Below are positions 47,591 to 58,854 of a stretch of DNA of 64,000 bases, one piece after another. This DNA is from Rebecca billardiae RCC1528. Taxonomy: Eukaryota > Protista > Haptophyta. Below the pieces are notes generated by a model, which was not told the DNA's origin, searched no databases, and worked only from the letters and a program-made list of their open reading frames with translations. Position 1 is the first letter of the stretch. The number at the start of each line of letters is the position of its first letter. The DNA is taken from positions 1,550,001 to 1,614,000 of the forward strand of contig OZ251237.1 in the NCBI GenBank assembly GCA_965240325.2, written 5' to 3'. The position numbers and the translations under genes were made by a program.

Positions 47591-48028
47591 GGGGTCAGAG
47601 CCCCACTGGGGGGTGCGTGGCCCAAAATCCAACTTCCTGTCGTCTTGACTGACTTGAGATGAGGCTCTCAATAAACTTCGGGATGTCAATATTCGCCGCC
47701 TGAAACGAGCTGGGGTCACGCTGACAAGTTTTGCGAAAAAATGTCATATACGACCTCAATCTCGACGCGATCTCGGCAACATTAGTAGGGGAGATACACG
47801 ATCTCCAAGGTGATCTCGCTATTTGCACCAGAATCGCACCATCTAGATCACATTTTGGCAGTCTGAAATTGGCACAGGCGGATTTTACACCCTGGAATTA
47901 AGCCTTATAACGCCTACTAACTAGTTCGTCCAAGTAAATACCCGCGTGTGATAGTTCATGCTAAGAGATTTCGGGAGATTGTGGCACCCAAGAGTGTTAC
48001 TGAGTGTAACGTTCGGAGCTCTGACCCC
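47591..48028 (+). mobile_element. MITE copy B, ~440 bp, with 14-bp TIRs GGGGTCAGAGCCCC / GGAGCTCTGACCCC
   Basis: TIRs have one mismatch; AT-richer non-coding interior; three related copies in the window. Confidence 0.82.
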
Positions 48029-48356
48029 ACTAAATGACGATGACGTTATCAGTTATGACTACTAGCTTATTACTCTGCTTACGGTGCAGTCCGCAGAGTT
48101 GAGAGTGCTATTGGGGCCCGGGACTCGGCCTCGGGAGTGCTCACCAAGTGCTGAGCTCTGCACCGCCCTTTGGCTCTGCAGATCTCACGAGCAAGCGGGC
48201 GCGCGGTTTCTCACGAGGGACCGTTTGCCGCGTGCACGCTCTCCGAAGAGAACGGTATGGTACGGTACCGGTAGGTCGCTGGAAACTGCTTTGAACCCAT
48301 ATGCATGACCTCACGCGAGAGCACGCACAGTAGGCCAACGATCTCGTTTTACTAGG

Positions 48357-49772
48357 ATGGCACCGGCGCGCTCGGCAGCGGCGGCCGTGCGACTGACCGA
48401 CCTGCCGCCCGAGCTGGTCGCGCGCATCCTCGCCCACCTCGATGGCACGCGCGACCTCGCCGCCGCTAACGCCGCCGCGCGCCTCTTCCGCGGCGCGCCG
48501 CTCGAGCACGCGCTGCGCGAGCGCGCACGCTCCCGCGGGCACGAGGCCGCGCTGCCGGCGACCCTGCCCGTTGGCGCGTCCACGTGGGCGGAGGAGCTGC
48601 TCGCGCGCGAGCGTCTTCTCGAGCTCGCGCGCACGCACGCGCACGTCGTGGCTGCTGCCGGCGATGCTGTGTCGGATTGTGCATTCAGCGCGTTTGTCGA
48701 CGCGGACGGCGGCGTGCACACGTGTGGCGCACCGCTGGGCCATCCCGAGCTCAGCAGGCAGACGGACGTGCTCGTGCCGACGCGCGTGCGCTCGCTGGAG
48801 GCGATGCGCGTGCGCGCAGTGGCTGCCGGTCTCATGCACCTGCTCGCGCTGAGCGAGGCGGGCGCCGTGTACGCGTGCGGCCGCAACGAGTACGGCCAGC
48901 TGGGCGTGGGCGACAAGGCTGAGCGACGGGCGTTCGTGCGGGTGGCGGCGCTGGGTGCGGAGCTCGTCGTCGGCATTGGCGCTGGCGCCAACTACAGCTT
49001 CGCGCTCACAGCTGCGGGCGCGGCGTACAGCTGGGGCCGCAACCGCTATGGCCAGCTCGGCCACGGCGACACGGAGCACCGGCTGGAGCCGACGCGCATC
49101 GAGGCGCTGGACGGCGTGCGCGTGGGCGGCGTGGCCGCGGGCTGCTGGCACACGCTGCTGCTCTCGGCGTGCGGCGCCGTGTACTCGTGTGGGTATGCCG
49201 GTTACGGCCGCCTTGGGCACGGTGACGAGCAGCAGCAGCGCACGCTGCGGCGCATCGAGGCGCTCGCGGGTGTGCGCGCCGTGCACGTCAGCGCGGGCTG
49301 GTCGCACAGCCTGGTGGTGGACGCAGCGGGCGGCGTGCACTCCTTCGGAGGCGGTTTAGGTGGCGCGCTCGGCCACGGTGACCAGGCGCGTCGCTTCGTG
49401 CCCACGCGCATCGAAGCACTGATGGGCGTGCGGGTCGTGCGCGCCAGCGCGGGCCTGCACAACAGCGCGGTGGTGTGCGCGGACGGCAGCGTGCACGCGT
49501 TTGGGAGCAACTACTTGGGCCAGCTGGGGCTGGGGCACCGAGAGGATCGCGCGCTGCTGCCCGAGCGGGTGGAGGGCCTCGCGCATGCGCGCGTGCTCGA
49601 CTGCTCACTCGGCGATCGGCACGCCCTCTACGTCACAGCAGACGGTGCCGTGCACGCGTGCGGCACGCATTCGGGCGCGCTCGGCCTGGGCGTGGGCGAC
49701 GATGGCGGATTGCAGCCGATGCCGCAGCGCGTGGTGCAGCCGCCGCCCCTGCTGTGCTGTGGGCCGCGCTGA
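48357..49772 (+). CDS. F-box + RCC1-repeat protein, paralog 1 (471 aa, intronless)
   Basis: N-terminal F-box-like LTDLPPELVARILAHLDGTRDLAAANAAARLFR, then ~7 RCC1 repeats (VYACGRNEYGQLGVG, AYSWGRNRYGQLGHG, VAAGCWHTLLL). Confidence 0.92.
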   Translation: MAPARSAAAAVRLTDLPPELVARILAHLDGTRDLAAANAAARLFRGAPLEHALRERARSRGHEAALPATLPVGASTWAEELLARERLLELARTHAHVVAAAGDAVSDCAFSAFVDADGGVHTCGAPLGHPELSRQTDVLVPTRVRSLEAMRVRAVAAGLMHLLALSEAGAVYACGRNEYGQLGVGDKAERRAFVRVAALGAELVVGIGAGANYSFALTAAGAAYSWGRNRYGQLGHGDTEHRLEPTRIEALDGVRVGGVAAGCWHTLLLSACGAVYSCGYAGYGRLGHGDEQQQRTLRRIEALAGVRAVHVSAGWSHSLVVDAAGGVHSFGGGLGGALGHGDQARRFVPTRIEALMGVRVVRASAGLHNSAVVCADGSVHAFGSNYLGQLGLGHREDRALLPERVEGLAHARVLDCSLGDRHALYVTADGAVHACGTHSGALGLGVGDDGGLQPMPQRVVQPPPLLCCGPR

Positions 49773-50299
49773 TCAACGGCCCGTGGCGGGTGCGGTGCTC
49801 ACGCGCGGGCTTGCGAGTGCGCGGTGCGCGAGTGCTCAGTGCTGCCCTCCGTACTCGTTCCGGCAGGCCGCGCTGCCAAGCAGCAGCCACTGAGGCCAGC
49901 TCCCGGCAGCTCGTGCTGTGCTGAGTGCGCTGCTGTGTACACGGGCCGTACATCATCATCATGCAGCCTCGTGTGGCAGCACGGTGGTGCTGGAGCAGCC
50001 GCTCGAGCTCGCACTACGGTGGCGAGGGTAGTGGGATAGATGGTGCGCTGATTGAGCTGCGAGCGTGGGCTCCGCACACCGCTCTTCACGATGAGTGACA
50101 GACAGTGACTCATCACTCAAGGGCAGTGACTCCCGGTCGACTCTGATATTCGCCCGCCGGCCCGCTGTCATTTTCGCCGGCCAACCGTCGTCGAGATTGC
50201 AGATTTGCAGAAGATCGAGTCAACGACGACGACGACGGCGAGGAGGGTCCGCACCGCGACGGCGGCCAAAGGGCGCAAGGGCTAGCGGCGAGGCGAGCG

Positions 50300-53200
50300 A
50301 TGGCCCCGCGACGACGGACTACGCCGCAAGCCGCGCGCCGTGGCTCACCGGCGAGCGCGCAGACGCGGACGCCGATCGTCGACGTCACCAGCAGCGAGGA
50401 CGAGGGCGACGCCGGCGTGGCGTCTCCCGCGCCCAACGGCACGCCCACGCCGCCGCCGCCGCAGACCACGCAGCGCGGCACACCCGTGCGCGCAGCCGCG
50501 CGCAACGCCAAGGAGACGTTCGCACGGCGCGAGGAGGAAGCCGACGAGGAGGAAGAGGAGGAGGAGGAGGTCGTGCCAGCGCGTCGCGCACGCTCGTCCC
50601 GCCGCGCGGCGCCGCGCAGCAGCACCCGCCGCCGCGCCGCGCGCGCGGCGGCGGCATGCTCGGGCGCCGACTCAGACCCCGACTACAGCGGCAGCGGCGG
50701 CAGCGGCGGCAGCGGCGGCAGCGGCGGCGAGGGCAGCGCGGGGGACGAGGACGACGATCCCGAGGCCGACGAGCGGTCAGAGCGCTCGTCGGACCCCGAG
50801 GCGGGCGCGAGCAGCGGCGCTGACGAGGAGGCGGAGGAGGCGGAGGGGGGCCGCAGCCGCGGCCGCGCTCGCTCGGCGCGCGCGGCCGTGGCGGCGGCCG
50901 CGGCCGCGGCGGACGCGGAGGGCGACGAGGGCAGCGAGGGCAGCAGCGCGTTCACGAAGGACAGCACGGGCGCGCGCGTGCGCAAAGAGCGCACCGACGC
51001 GATCACCTTGGATCCCCTCAAAGAAGTGCACGCGCTCTGGGCCGCGCCGGACGGGCGGCTGCGGCTGCGCTTCAACTTTTCCACGCTGCTGGCGATCGCA
51101 CGGCGCGCGGGCGGGTGGCGGCAGCCGCCGCACTTCCGCGCGCCGATGGACGCGGCGTTCGGCGCGCAGCTCAGGCGCAAGTTCGGCGCGCACTGCCTCA
51201 AGCTCGAGACCCTCCCGGGCGCGGCCGAGCGCTCGCACGCCGGCAGCGACTTCTTCGAGCAGCTGCAGGTGCGCACGCACACGCGCGCGCGCTGCACCGC
51301 ACTGTGTGCATGCGTGTGTGCTTGTGTGGGTGTGTGTCAGTCTGTGTTACCCTGTGTCAGGCTGTGTCGGCCTCTGTCCGTCTACCCATGCGGGTGCGTG
51401 CCTGTGTCTCTGAATGTGTGTGCACCCGCGCGCCCACACCGCCCAGCTGAGGCGCTCCTGCCCCCGACCCGAATCCACCCACGCCCCCTGCCCGCCCCCC
51501 GCCCCGTGCCGTCGGCTGGGCCGATGCAGCGCTTCCACTACTCGTCGCTGCTCTCGCAGGTGCGCGACCTGTTCGTGTGCCCGCTGTGCCTCGCGCTGCT
51601 CAGGGGCGCGGCGGACGGCGAGGCGGCGGCGGTCGCCGCGCGCGATGGCAGCGGCGCGGAGGCCGACCCGTCAGATCTGGACGGCGCCACCGCCGAGCGC
51701 CTCTCTGAGCGCGTGCACGCGCTGCTGGGCTCGGAGGCGCACTTCGAGCCGCTGCGCGCGCTGTACAGCGCGGATGCGGTCCGAGAGTGTGCGCGCGAGG
51801 CCGGCTGCTTCGCCGAGCGCGCGGCGGCGTGCGTGTGCTTCGAGACCAAGGTGCGGCACCACCTGCGGCACCGGCGGCACCGGCGGCACCTGCGGCACCG
51901 GCGGCGCTGCCGTCCGCGCACGCCCCCTTCCGCGCGCGCACCCGCCCGCCCGCCCGCCCGTGCCCGCGCCAGCTTGGCCGATGCGCTTTGCGCCGCCTGA
52001 TCGCGCGGCGCGGTGTGCTGGGCCAGATCGGGCCAGAGCAGACCGCGTCGCTCGTTCTGACCCGGGCTCTGCCCCGCACCCCGCGCGCGGCGCTGCTGGC
52101 GCGCGCGCAGGCGGCGGTGCGCGCGCACCTGTGCGCCGACCACGGGCTGAGCCGCGCGGCGCTCGCCGGGCCGGACGTGGCGGAGCGGCTGGAGGCGTTC
52201 AAGATGCGCGACCGGGACGGGCTGGTGCAGCGCTGGGTGGGCGGCGGGCGGCGCGCGGCGGGCAAGTCGGTCTCCGCCGGCCACCTGCAGGCCTACTGGC
52301 GGCAGTGCGGCGGCACCAGCTCTGCGCCCGGACTCGAGCCGGACGAGGCGCCGGACGAGGAGTGGCTGTGGACCAACGCCCTGCGGTACGTGCTGCTGTA
52401 CGACGAGGTGCAGCGGCGGAGGCAGGCGAGCGCGGCGAGCGCCGCCGCCGCCAAGCGCGGGCGCGGGCGCGCGAGCGCGCGGCACGAGCGCGGCTCGCCC
52501 AGCCCCTCGCCCAGCCCTGCGGCCGGCAGCGCGCGCCGCGGCCGCCGCGGCCGCGTGCTCGCGTCGAGCGACGACGAGGCGGAGGAGGCGGGCGCGGGCG
52601 GCGGGGCGGGTGGCGGGCGCGCGGCCGGGCCCGGCGGCGGCGGTGCGGGCGACGCCGCCCTCGACCCCTCCGAGCCGCTGCCCCCCGCCTGTGGGCCCCT
52701 CCGCGACAGCCTGCTGCCCGCCGCCACGCCCGCCGCGCGCACGCTCGGCCGACTCATCTTCGAGAGCCTCTTCCCGCCGCAGCCCGCGGACGACGACATG
52801 GCCGAGTGGCTGAGGAGCGACGACGACGACGACGACGAGGAGGAGGAGGAGGCGGGCGCGCGCCGTGCGCCCGCCCGCCCCGAGGAGGCGGAGGAGGAGG
52901 CCTGGGAGGAGGCGATGGTCGAGCGCATGCGCAACGGGCAGGCGGACGCACAGGCGGACGCGAGCACAAGGCGGGCACAGGGGCGGACACCGGGGCGGGC
53001 GCGCCCAAGCGGCGGCGGCAGCGAGGAGGAGGAGGGCGACGACGACGACGAGGAGGAGGAGGAGGACGAGGAGGAGGAGGAGGACGACGAGGAGGAGGAG
53101 GCGGAGGACGAGAGCGATCCCGCCGACGGTCCGGCCGGCAGCCAGGACGAGGACGAGGACGGCGGCGGCCGCTTCATCAGCGGCCGAGTCGAGTACGAGA

Positions 53201-53802
53201 TCGAGCCTGACGAGCTCGAGCTGGCAGAGCGAAGGATGCGGGAGGCGCGCAAGCGCCGGCGCTCGGCGGGACGCGGCCGGCCGGAGCGCGACGCCGCCGA
53301 GCCTACGGCCGACGGCGCGCGCCCAGCCGCAGCCGCAGCCGCAGCCGCAGCCGCAGCCGCAGCCGCAGCCGCAGCCGCTGCCATCGATGACAATGATGAC
53401 GATGATGAGGAGGCGGAGGAGGAGGGCCGGACCAGTCCGGTGCGCCGGGTGGCGCGGCGCGTGTCTCTGGGGGAGAGCGGCGGCAGCGCCGGGCGCACGC
53501 GCGCGCGATGGCGCCGCGCGATCGAGGACAGCAGCGAGGACGAGGCGGCCGCGCCGGCCGCCGCTGAGGCAGCGGGCGCGGCCTGCGCCACCGCCTCGGC
53601 CTCTGCGGCTGCGCCGGCTGCTGCCAGCGCGCCACTGCTGCCGCCGGCGCTGCCGTCGCCGCCTGGCTCGGAGCTGCGTGGCGCAGCGGCCCCGGCGGCC
53701 GCTGGCAACGATGGTGACGATCGCGCTCTGGACGCCAGGAGTGCCGCGCTGGTCGAGGCGGGCGGGACGACCGCCTGCCCCGCCCCCGCGGCTGACGGCT
53801 GA
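50300..53802 (+). CDS. Hypothetical acidic/low-complexity protein; exons ~50300-51268, 51530-51850, 52027-53802
   Basis: Coding-like codon usage and frame-preserving GT-AG junctions. Ordered segments DAITLDPL...WRQPPHFRAPMD and LFVCPLC are flanked by D/E runs. No family recognised. Confidence 0.65.
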
Positions 53803-54023
53803 CGAGTGAGTGACGACCGCGCGCCGCGCAGCTCGGCACACTCACAGCACCCACCGACGAAGAAAATGAAAATGATGATGCGCGAGAAATCATGGCGGCC
53901 GGAATAAAAGAGAAGACTCGCGCCCGCGCAGCGTCACGCCACGCCGCCTCCCTCACGCCCGCGCGCATCCTCCCTTCGTCCGCCGGCGCCGATCCTGCGC
54001 GGAGCGGCGGGGCGGCCGCGCCG

Positions 54024-56333
54024 ATGAACCACAACGTGCGCGCGTGCCTCGCCCTGTGCGTCCTCTCGGGCATCGCCGACTCCACCTGGTCCGGCACCGT
54101 CCTCGCCGCGTTCATCCTCATCTCGAGCGGCTCGAACGCGACGGTCGGCCTGGTGGAGGCGGCGCAGGGGCTGGCGACGCTGCTGTTCGCGCTGCCGATC
54201 GGGTACCTCGCGGACACGTACTCGCGCTCCAACGTGATCGCGATGGGCGGCGTCCTCTGCCTCGCCGCCGCCGCCGCCACCACGTACGTGATCCTCGACG
54301 TCGAGCGCTCGTCCTCGCTCTCGACGCACGCGACCGCGGCGCTGTTCGGGCTGATGGCGCTGTGGGGCGTGGTGGGCGGGATCATCTCGGGGCCGGCGCA
54401 GGCGCTGTACGCCGACTCGATCCCCGCGGGCGAGCGCTCCAAGTGGTACGTCTACCTCTTCGGCGCGTACATGGTCTCCTCGGCCGTGGGCCCGCTGATC
54501 GCGGTGCTCTCCTTCCAGACGCTCACGCAGGACACGTGGACGCTGCCCGAGCTGCGCGTGGTGATCGTGTTCGGGATGGCGTGCGAGGCGGCGTGCGCGC
54601 TGGTCATGTTCACCTTCCGCGACAGCGCCGCGCTCGACGAGGGCGCGCCCGCCGCTGACGCCGCCGCGCCGGCCGGCGCCGCGCCGGCCGGCGCCGCGCC
54701 GGCGGACGCCGACGGCGCGGACGGCGCGGACGGCGCCGAGCCCGACGGCGCCACCCCTGCGGACGGCGACGCGGAGATCGTGCCGGCGCCGGCTGACGCG
54801 CCTGGCGCCGAGCACGCCGCCCCGGCCTCGCCCCGCGCGTCGGCGCCGCCGCCGCGGAGCGCGGCCCCGCCGCCCGCGCGCGCGCCGCCGCGCGCCTGCC
54901 CTCCCCGCTGCGGTGTGGGCTGCGGTGTGAGCGTGGGCGCCATCCCGTATGTGCTCTTCAGCTCGAGCCTGCTCACCGCGCTCGGCGCGGGGATGACGGT
55001 CAAGTTCTTCCCGCTCTTCTTCAAGGTGGACTGCCGCCTCTCGCCCACGCAGGTGCAGTGCATCTACATCGCCGTCCCGTTCGCCATGGTGCTCTGCTCG
55101 GGGCTGATGCAGCGGCTCTCCACGCTGGTCGGGCGCGTGCAGACGATCGTGCTGGCGCGCGCGTCGGGCGTGGCGCTGCTCTTCACGATGGCGGCGCTGC
55201 AGCTGCGCACGCGCGCGTCGGGCCTCGCGCTCGTGATGATCCCGATCTACATCCTGCGCACCGCGCTGATCAACTCGGTCTACCCGCTCGAGGAGTCGAT
55301 CCTGATGGACTACGTGCCGAGGCAGCGGCGCGCGCGCTGGAAGTCGCTCGAGTCGGTCGCTCAGTTTGGCTGGTGCGCGCGCCACGCCGCGCCACGCCGC
55401 GCCACGCCACGCCACGCCACGCCCGTGCGCGTGCGCGTGCGCGTAGGCGTGCGGGCGCGGGTGGAGGGCGGAGGGGCTGGGACGGGGCAGCAGGGAGGAC
55501 GCGCCCGCGAGCCCGCCCGCGCGGCCGTCGCCGCCCGCCCGCCCTCAGCGCTGCCCTCAGCGCTACCCTCAGCGCTGCCCTCAGCGCTACCCTCAGCGCT
55601 GCCCTCAGCGCTGCCCTCAGCACTGCTGCGAGCGCGCACCCCGCCCCGCGCACGCGCGCCGTGCGCACGCGCCGACGCGTGCAGGTGCGGCAGCGCGGCC
55701 GTGGGCGGGTACCTGGGCGACCGCTACTCGTACTCGTTCACGTTTGTGATCACCGCGACGATCCAGGGCGTGGCCACGCTGCTCGTCGCCACGCTGATGC
55801 CCGTCGTGCCGAGGCGCGAGGCGGACGCGTCGCTGCACGCGCGCGGCGGCGGCGCGGACGGCGCCGCCGCGGAGGAGGGAGGCAGCGGCGGCGGCTGGGG
55901 CGGCGCGCGCAAGCGGCGCGGCGCAGACCGGCGCGCGGGCGCGCTGTCCCGCGAGCTGCACGAGCCGCTGCTCGACCCGGTGGCGGACAGCGGCGGCGCG
56001 CACGCCGGCGCGGGCGCGAGCGCCTCGGACGACGGCGCGGGCGGCGAGGCGGAGGCCGAGCCGGAGGCGGGCGCGGCGGCGGCGGCGGGGCGCGCCTCGC
56101 GCGAGCGGCTGCACGAGGGCTACATTGCGCCGCCGCTTCGGCCCGCGCAGGGCGCAGCGGCAGGTGGCGAAGCGGCCGACGCGGCCGCCGGGCGCGAGGG
56201 CGCCGCCGGGTCGGCCGCCGCTGTTCTGGCCCCGCAGGCCGACGGCGGCGGCACACCGGCCGCGCCCCATCCGGCCCCGCGCCGCCGCGGCAGCACGCCG
56301 GTGCCGCTCGTGACGGCACCGGACGGGAGCTGA
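54024..56333 (+). CDS. Major facilitator superfamily transporter; in-frame intron at 55373-55684
   Basis: About 12 hydrophobic helices; MFS motif A-like PIGYLADTYSRSNVI; ALYADSIP, GAGMTVKFFPLFF, SILMDYVPRQRRARWKSLES, FGW|CGSAAVGGYLGDRYSY. Confidence 0.9.
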   Translation: MNHNVRACLALCVLSGIADSTWSGTVLAAFILISSGSNATVGLVEAAQGLATLLFALPIGYLADTYSRSNVIAMGGVLCLAAAAATTYVILDVERSSSLSTHATAALFGLMALWGVVGGIISGPAQALYADSIPAGERSKWYVYLFGAYMVSSAVGPLIAVLSFQTLTQDTWTLPELRVVIVFGMACEAACALVMFTFRDSAALDEGAPAADAAAPAGAAPAGAAPADADGADGADGAEPDGATPADGDAEIVPAPADAPGAEHAAPASPRASAPPPRSAAPPPARAPPRACPPRCGVGCGVSVGAIPYVLFSSSLLTALGAGMTVKFFPLFFKVDCRLSPTQVQCIYIAVPFAMVLCSGLMQRLSTLVGRVQTIVLARASGVALLFTMAALQLRTRASGLALVMIPIYILRTALINSVYPLEESILMDYVPRQRRARWKSLESVAQFGWCARHAAPRRATPRHATPVRVRVRVGVRARVEGGGAGTGQQGGRAREPARAAVAARPPSALPSALPSALPSALPSALPSALPSALLRARTPPRARAPCARADACRCGSAAVGGYLGDRYSYSFTFVITATIQGVATLLVATLMPVVPRREADASLHARGGGADGAAAEEGGSGGGWGGARKRRGADRRAGALSRELHEPLLDPVADSGGAHAGAGASASDDGAGGEAEAEPEAGAAAAAGRASRERLHEGYIAPPLRPAQGAAAGGEAADAAAGREGAAGSAAAVLAPQADGGGTPAAPHPAPRRRGSTPVPLVTAPDGS

Positions 56334-57067
56334 GGCGCGCTGCCAGATGATGTCTACTGATGATGCGCTGGTGCTGATATATGTATATATATCGCGTATA
56401 GATCATCGCGCGTCGCAGTAGTAGCGCATCATCATCGTCGCGTCATCATCATCGCTAGAGCACTGATGAGCGCAGCATCCCAGCATATCGCTTTGCCGAT
56501 CGCCGGGCGGGCGCCCGCGCATTGGCCGCGCGTTGTTTCAGCATCACCGCCCGGCGCCGCCGGGTCGTCACTGCGGCATCGGTTAAGTCGCGTAGCAGTA
56601 GTAGTAGTACTGCACCGTGCACGCCCACCGGCGGGAAGTATCGACGCGCGGCGGACGGGCCTGACGGTCACGGCCGGCTTCGTCCCGCGGCACGGCCTCA
56701 GGCCTGCCGCCGTGCCGCGTGCTGCGGCCGCCCCGCTGCTGCCGTTCATCGTGGCCGCTGGCGGCGGGGCGGCGGGCCCCGCCTTGCCGCCGCGAGCGCG
56801 CGGCTGTCGTCTCGGCGCAGCCGGCGCCCACCCCCCCGCGCGCGCGCGCTCGCAGCACTTGGCCAGCCGCTCCATCAGCGCGCCGCTGCCGGTGAAGGTG
56901 CCGCACGCGCAGAGAGAGCGCGCGCGCGCCGTGCACGCGACGCACGTGTCGGCGCGCGCGTGCGCTGCGCACGGCTGGGCGCCCGCCCAAATCGAGCCGA
57001 CAGCGGTGTGAAGAGACCACGCGCGCAGCTGATTGAGCGCACCATCTCAGATCTCCCCGAATGATGC

Positions 57068-58492
57068 TCAGCGCACCCCACAGCGCAGGGGCGGCAGCTG
57101 CACCACGCGCTGCGGCATCGGCTGCGCTCCGCCGTCGTCGCCCACGCCCACGCCGAGTGCCGCCGAATGCATGCCGCACGCGTGCACACCGCCGTCCGCC
57201 GTCACGTAGAGAGCATGAGAGCCGCCGAGTGAGCAGTCGACCACGCGCGCATGCGCCAGGCCCTCCACCCGCTCGGGCAGCGTGCGAGCGACTCGGTGCC
57301 CCAGCCCCAGCTGGCCATAGAAGTTGTTTCCAAACGCGTGCACGCTGCCGTCTGCGCACACCACCGCGCTGCTGCAATAGCCCGCGCTGGCGCGCACGGC
57401 ACGCACGCCCGTCAGTGCTTCGATGCGCGTGGGCACCAAGAGACGCGTCTGGTCCCCGTGGCCGAGCGCGCCACAGATACCATGTCCGAAGGAGTGCACA
57501 CCGCCCGCTGCGTCCACCACCAGGCTGTGGTGGCTGCCCGCGCTCACATGCACGGCGCGCACGCCTGCAAGCGCTGCGATGCGCCGCGGCGTGCGCTGAT
57601 GCTGCTCGTCACCATGCCCAAGGCGGCCGTGATCACCATACCCGCACGAGTACACGGCGCCGCACGCCGAGAGCAGCAGCGTATGCCCCCCGCACGCGGC
57701 CACGCCGCCCACGCGCACGCCGTCCAGCGCCTCGATGCGCGTCGGCTCCAGCCGGTCCACCTTGTCGCCGTGGCCGAGCTGGCCCACGCCATTGTGGCCC
57801 CAGCTGTACGCCGCGCCAGCGGTCGTGAGCGCGAAGCTGTGGTTGGCGCCAGCGCAAATGCCGACGACGAGCTCTGCGTCCAGCGCCGCCACCTGCACGA
57901 ACGCCCGTCGCTCAGCCTTGTCGCCCACGCCCAGCTGTCCGTACTTGTTGCTGCCGCACGCGTACACGGCGCCCGCCTCGCTCAGCGCGAGCAGGTGCTT
58001 GATGCCGGCAGCCACCGCACACACGTGCACCGCCTCCAGCGACCCCACGCGCGTTGGCACGAGCACGTCCGTCTGCCTGCTGAGCTCGGGATGGCCCAGC
58101 GGTGCGCCGCACGTGTGCACGCCGCCGTCCGCGTCGACAAATGCGCTGAACGCTTCGTCATACGATCCACCGGAGGCTGCAATGTGCGCGTGCGCGTGCG
58201 CGAGCTCGAGTACACGCTCGCGCGCGAACAGCTCCTCTGCCCACGTGGACGCACCAACGGGCAGGGTCACCGGCAGCGCGGCCTCGTGCCCGCGTGCGCG
58301 CGCGCGCTCGCGCAGCGCGTGCTCGAGCGGCGCGCCGCGGAAGAGGCGCGCGGCGGCGTTGGCGGCGGCGAGGTCGCGCACGTCATCGATATGGGCGAGG
58401 ACGCGCGCGACGAGCTCGGGTGGCACGTCGGTCAGCCGCACGGCCGCCGCTGCCGAGCGCGCCGTGGCGCGCGCGTGTGTCGTCGGTGCCAT
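57068..58492 (-). CDS. F-box + RCC1-repeat protein, paralog 2
   Basis: Starts MAPTTHARATARSAAAAVRLTDVPPELVARVLAHI; collinear with paralog 1. Confidence 0.92.
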   Translation of the reverse strand: MAPTTHARATARSAAAAVRLTDVPPELVARVLAHIDDVRDLAAANAAARLFRGAPLEHALRERARARGHEAALPVTLPVGASTWAEELFARERVLELAHAHAHIAASGGSYDEAFSAFVDADGGVHTCGAPLGHPELSRQTDVLVPTRVGSLEAVHVCAVAAGIKHLLALSEAGAVYACGSNKYGQLGVGDKAERRAFVQVAALDAELVVGICAGANHSFALTTAGAAYSWGHNGVGQLGHGDKVDRLEPTRIEALDGVRVGGVAACGGHTLLLSACGAVYSCGYGDHGRLGHGDEQHQRTPRRIAALAGVRAVHVSAGSHHSLVVDAAGGVHSFGHGICGALGHGDQTRLLVPTRIEALTGVRAVRASAGYCSSAVVCADGSVHAFGNNFYGQLGLGHRVARTLPERVEGLAHARVVDCSLGGSHALYVTADGGVHACGMHSAALGVGVGDDGGAQPMPQRVVQLPPLRCGVR

Positions 58493-58575
58493 CAACCGAG
58501 GGTGGTCGCGCCACTGCTGTCGGCGGTTGGCCAATAAGGTTTATTTTGGTTTTTGCAGTCGTGATAATTATGATA

Positions 58576-58654
58576 CGCCTGCCTGAGCTGTGTGCGTCTC
58601 TTATTCTTAGTACAGTTTACTAAGAATAAGAGACGCACACAGCTCAGGCAGGCG
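58576..58654. repeat. Perfect hairpin: 37-bp arms and a 5-nt loop
   Basis: cgcctgcctgagctgtgtgcgtctcttattcttagta-cagtt-tactaagaataagagacgcacacagctcaggcaggcg. Confidence 0.95.
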
Positions 58655-58854
58655 ATCATCTCATTTTCGCGCTCAATTCTTTTTCATGCTGACGATGATG
58701 GGCCGTAAATCTGATCGACAGCCGACTCCGCGTCGACGTCGTGTTGTACGTGTCACAGTGTGCTTGCAAAACGCTGGCCCAAGCCAACAGCGGTGTGCGA
58801 AGACCACACGCGCAGCCGAATGACCGCACAATCTCAGATCTCCCCGAATGATGC

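Noticed and set aside
49750-49772. C-terminal CGPR/CGVR as a CaaX prenylation signal
   Set aside because: A terminal Arg with Gly/Pro in the middle positions does not fit the CaaX consensus.
38870-55624. Short minisatellites (9-mer at ~38870-38928, 9-mer at 44819-44881, 12-mer at ~55541-55624)
   Set aside because: Ordinary slippage repeats in introns or low-complexity exon parts, with no sign of function.
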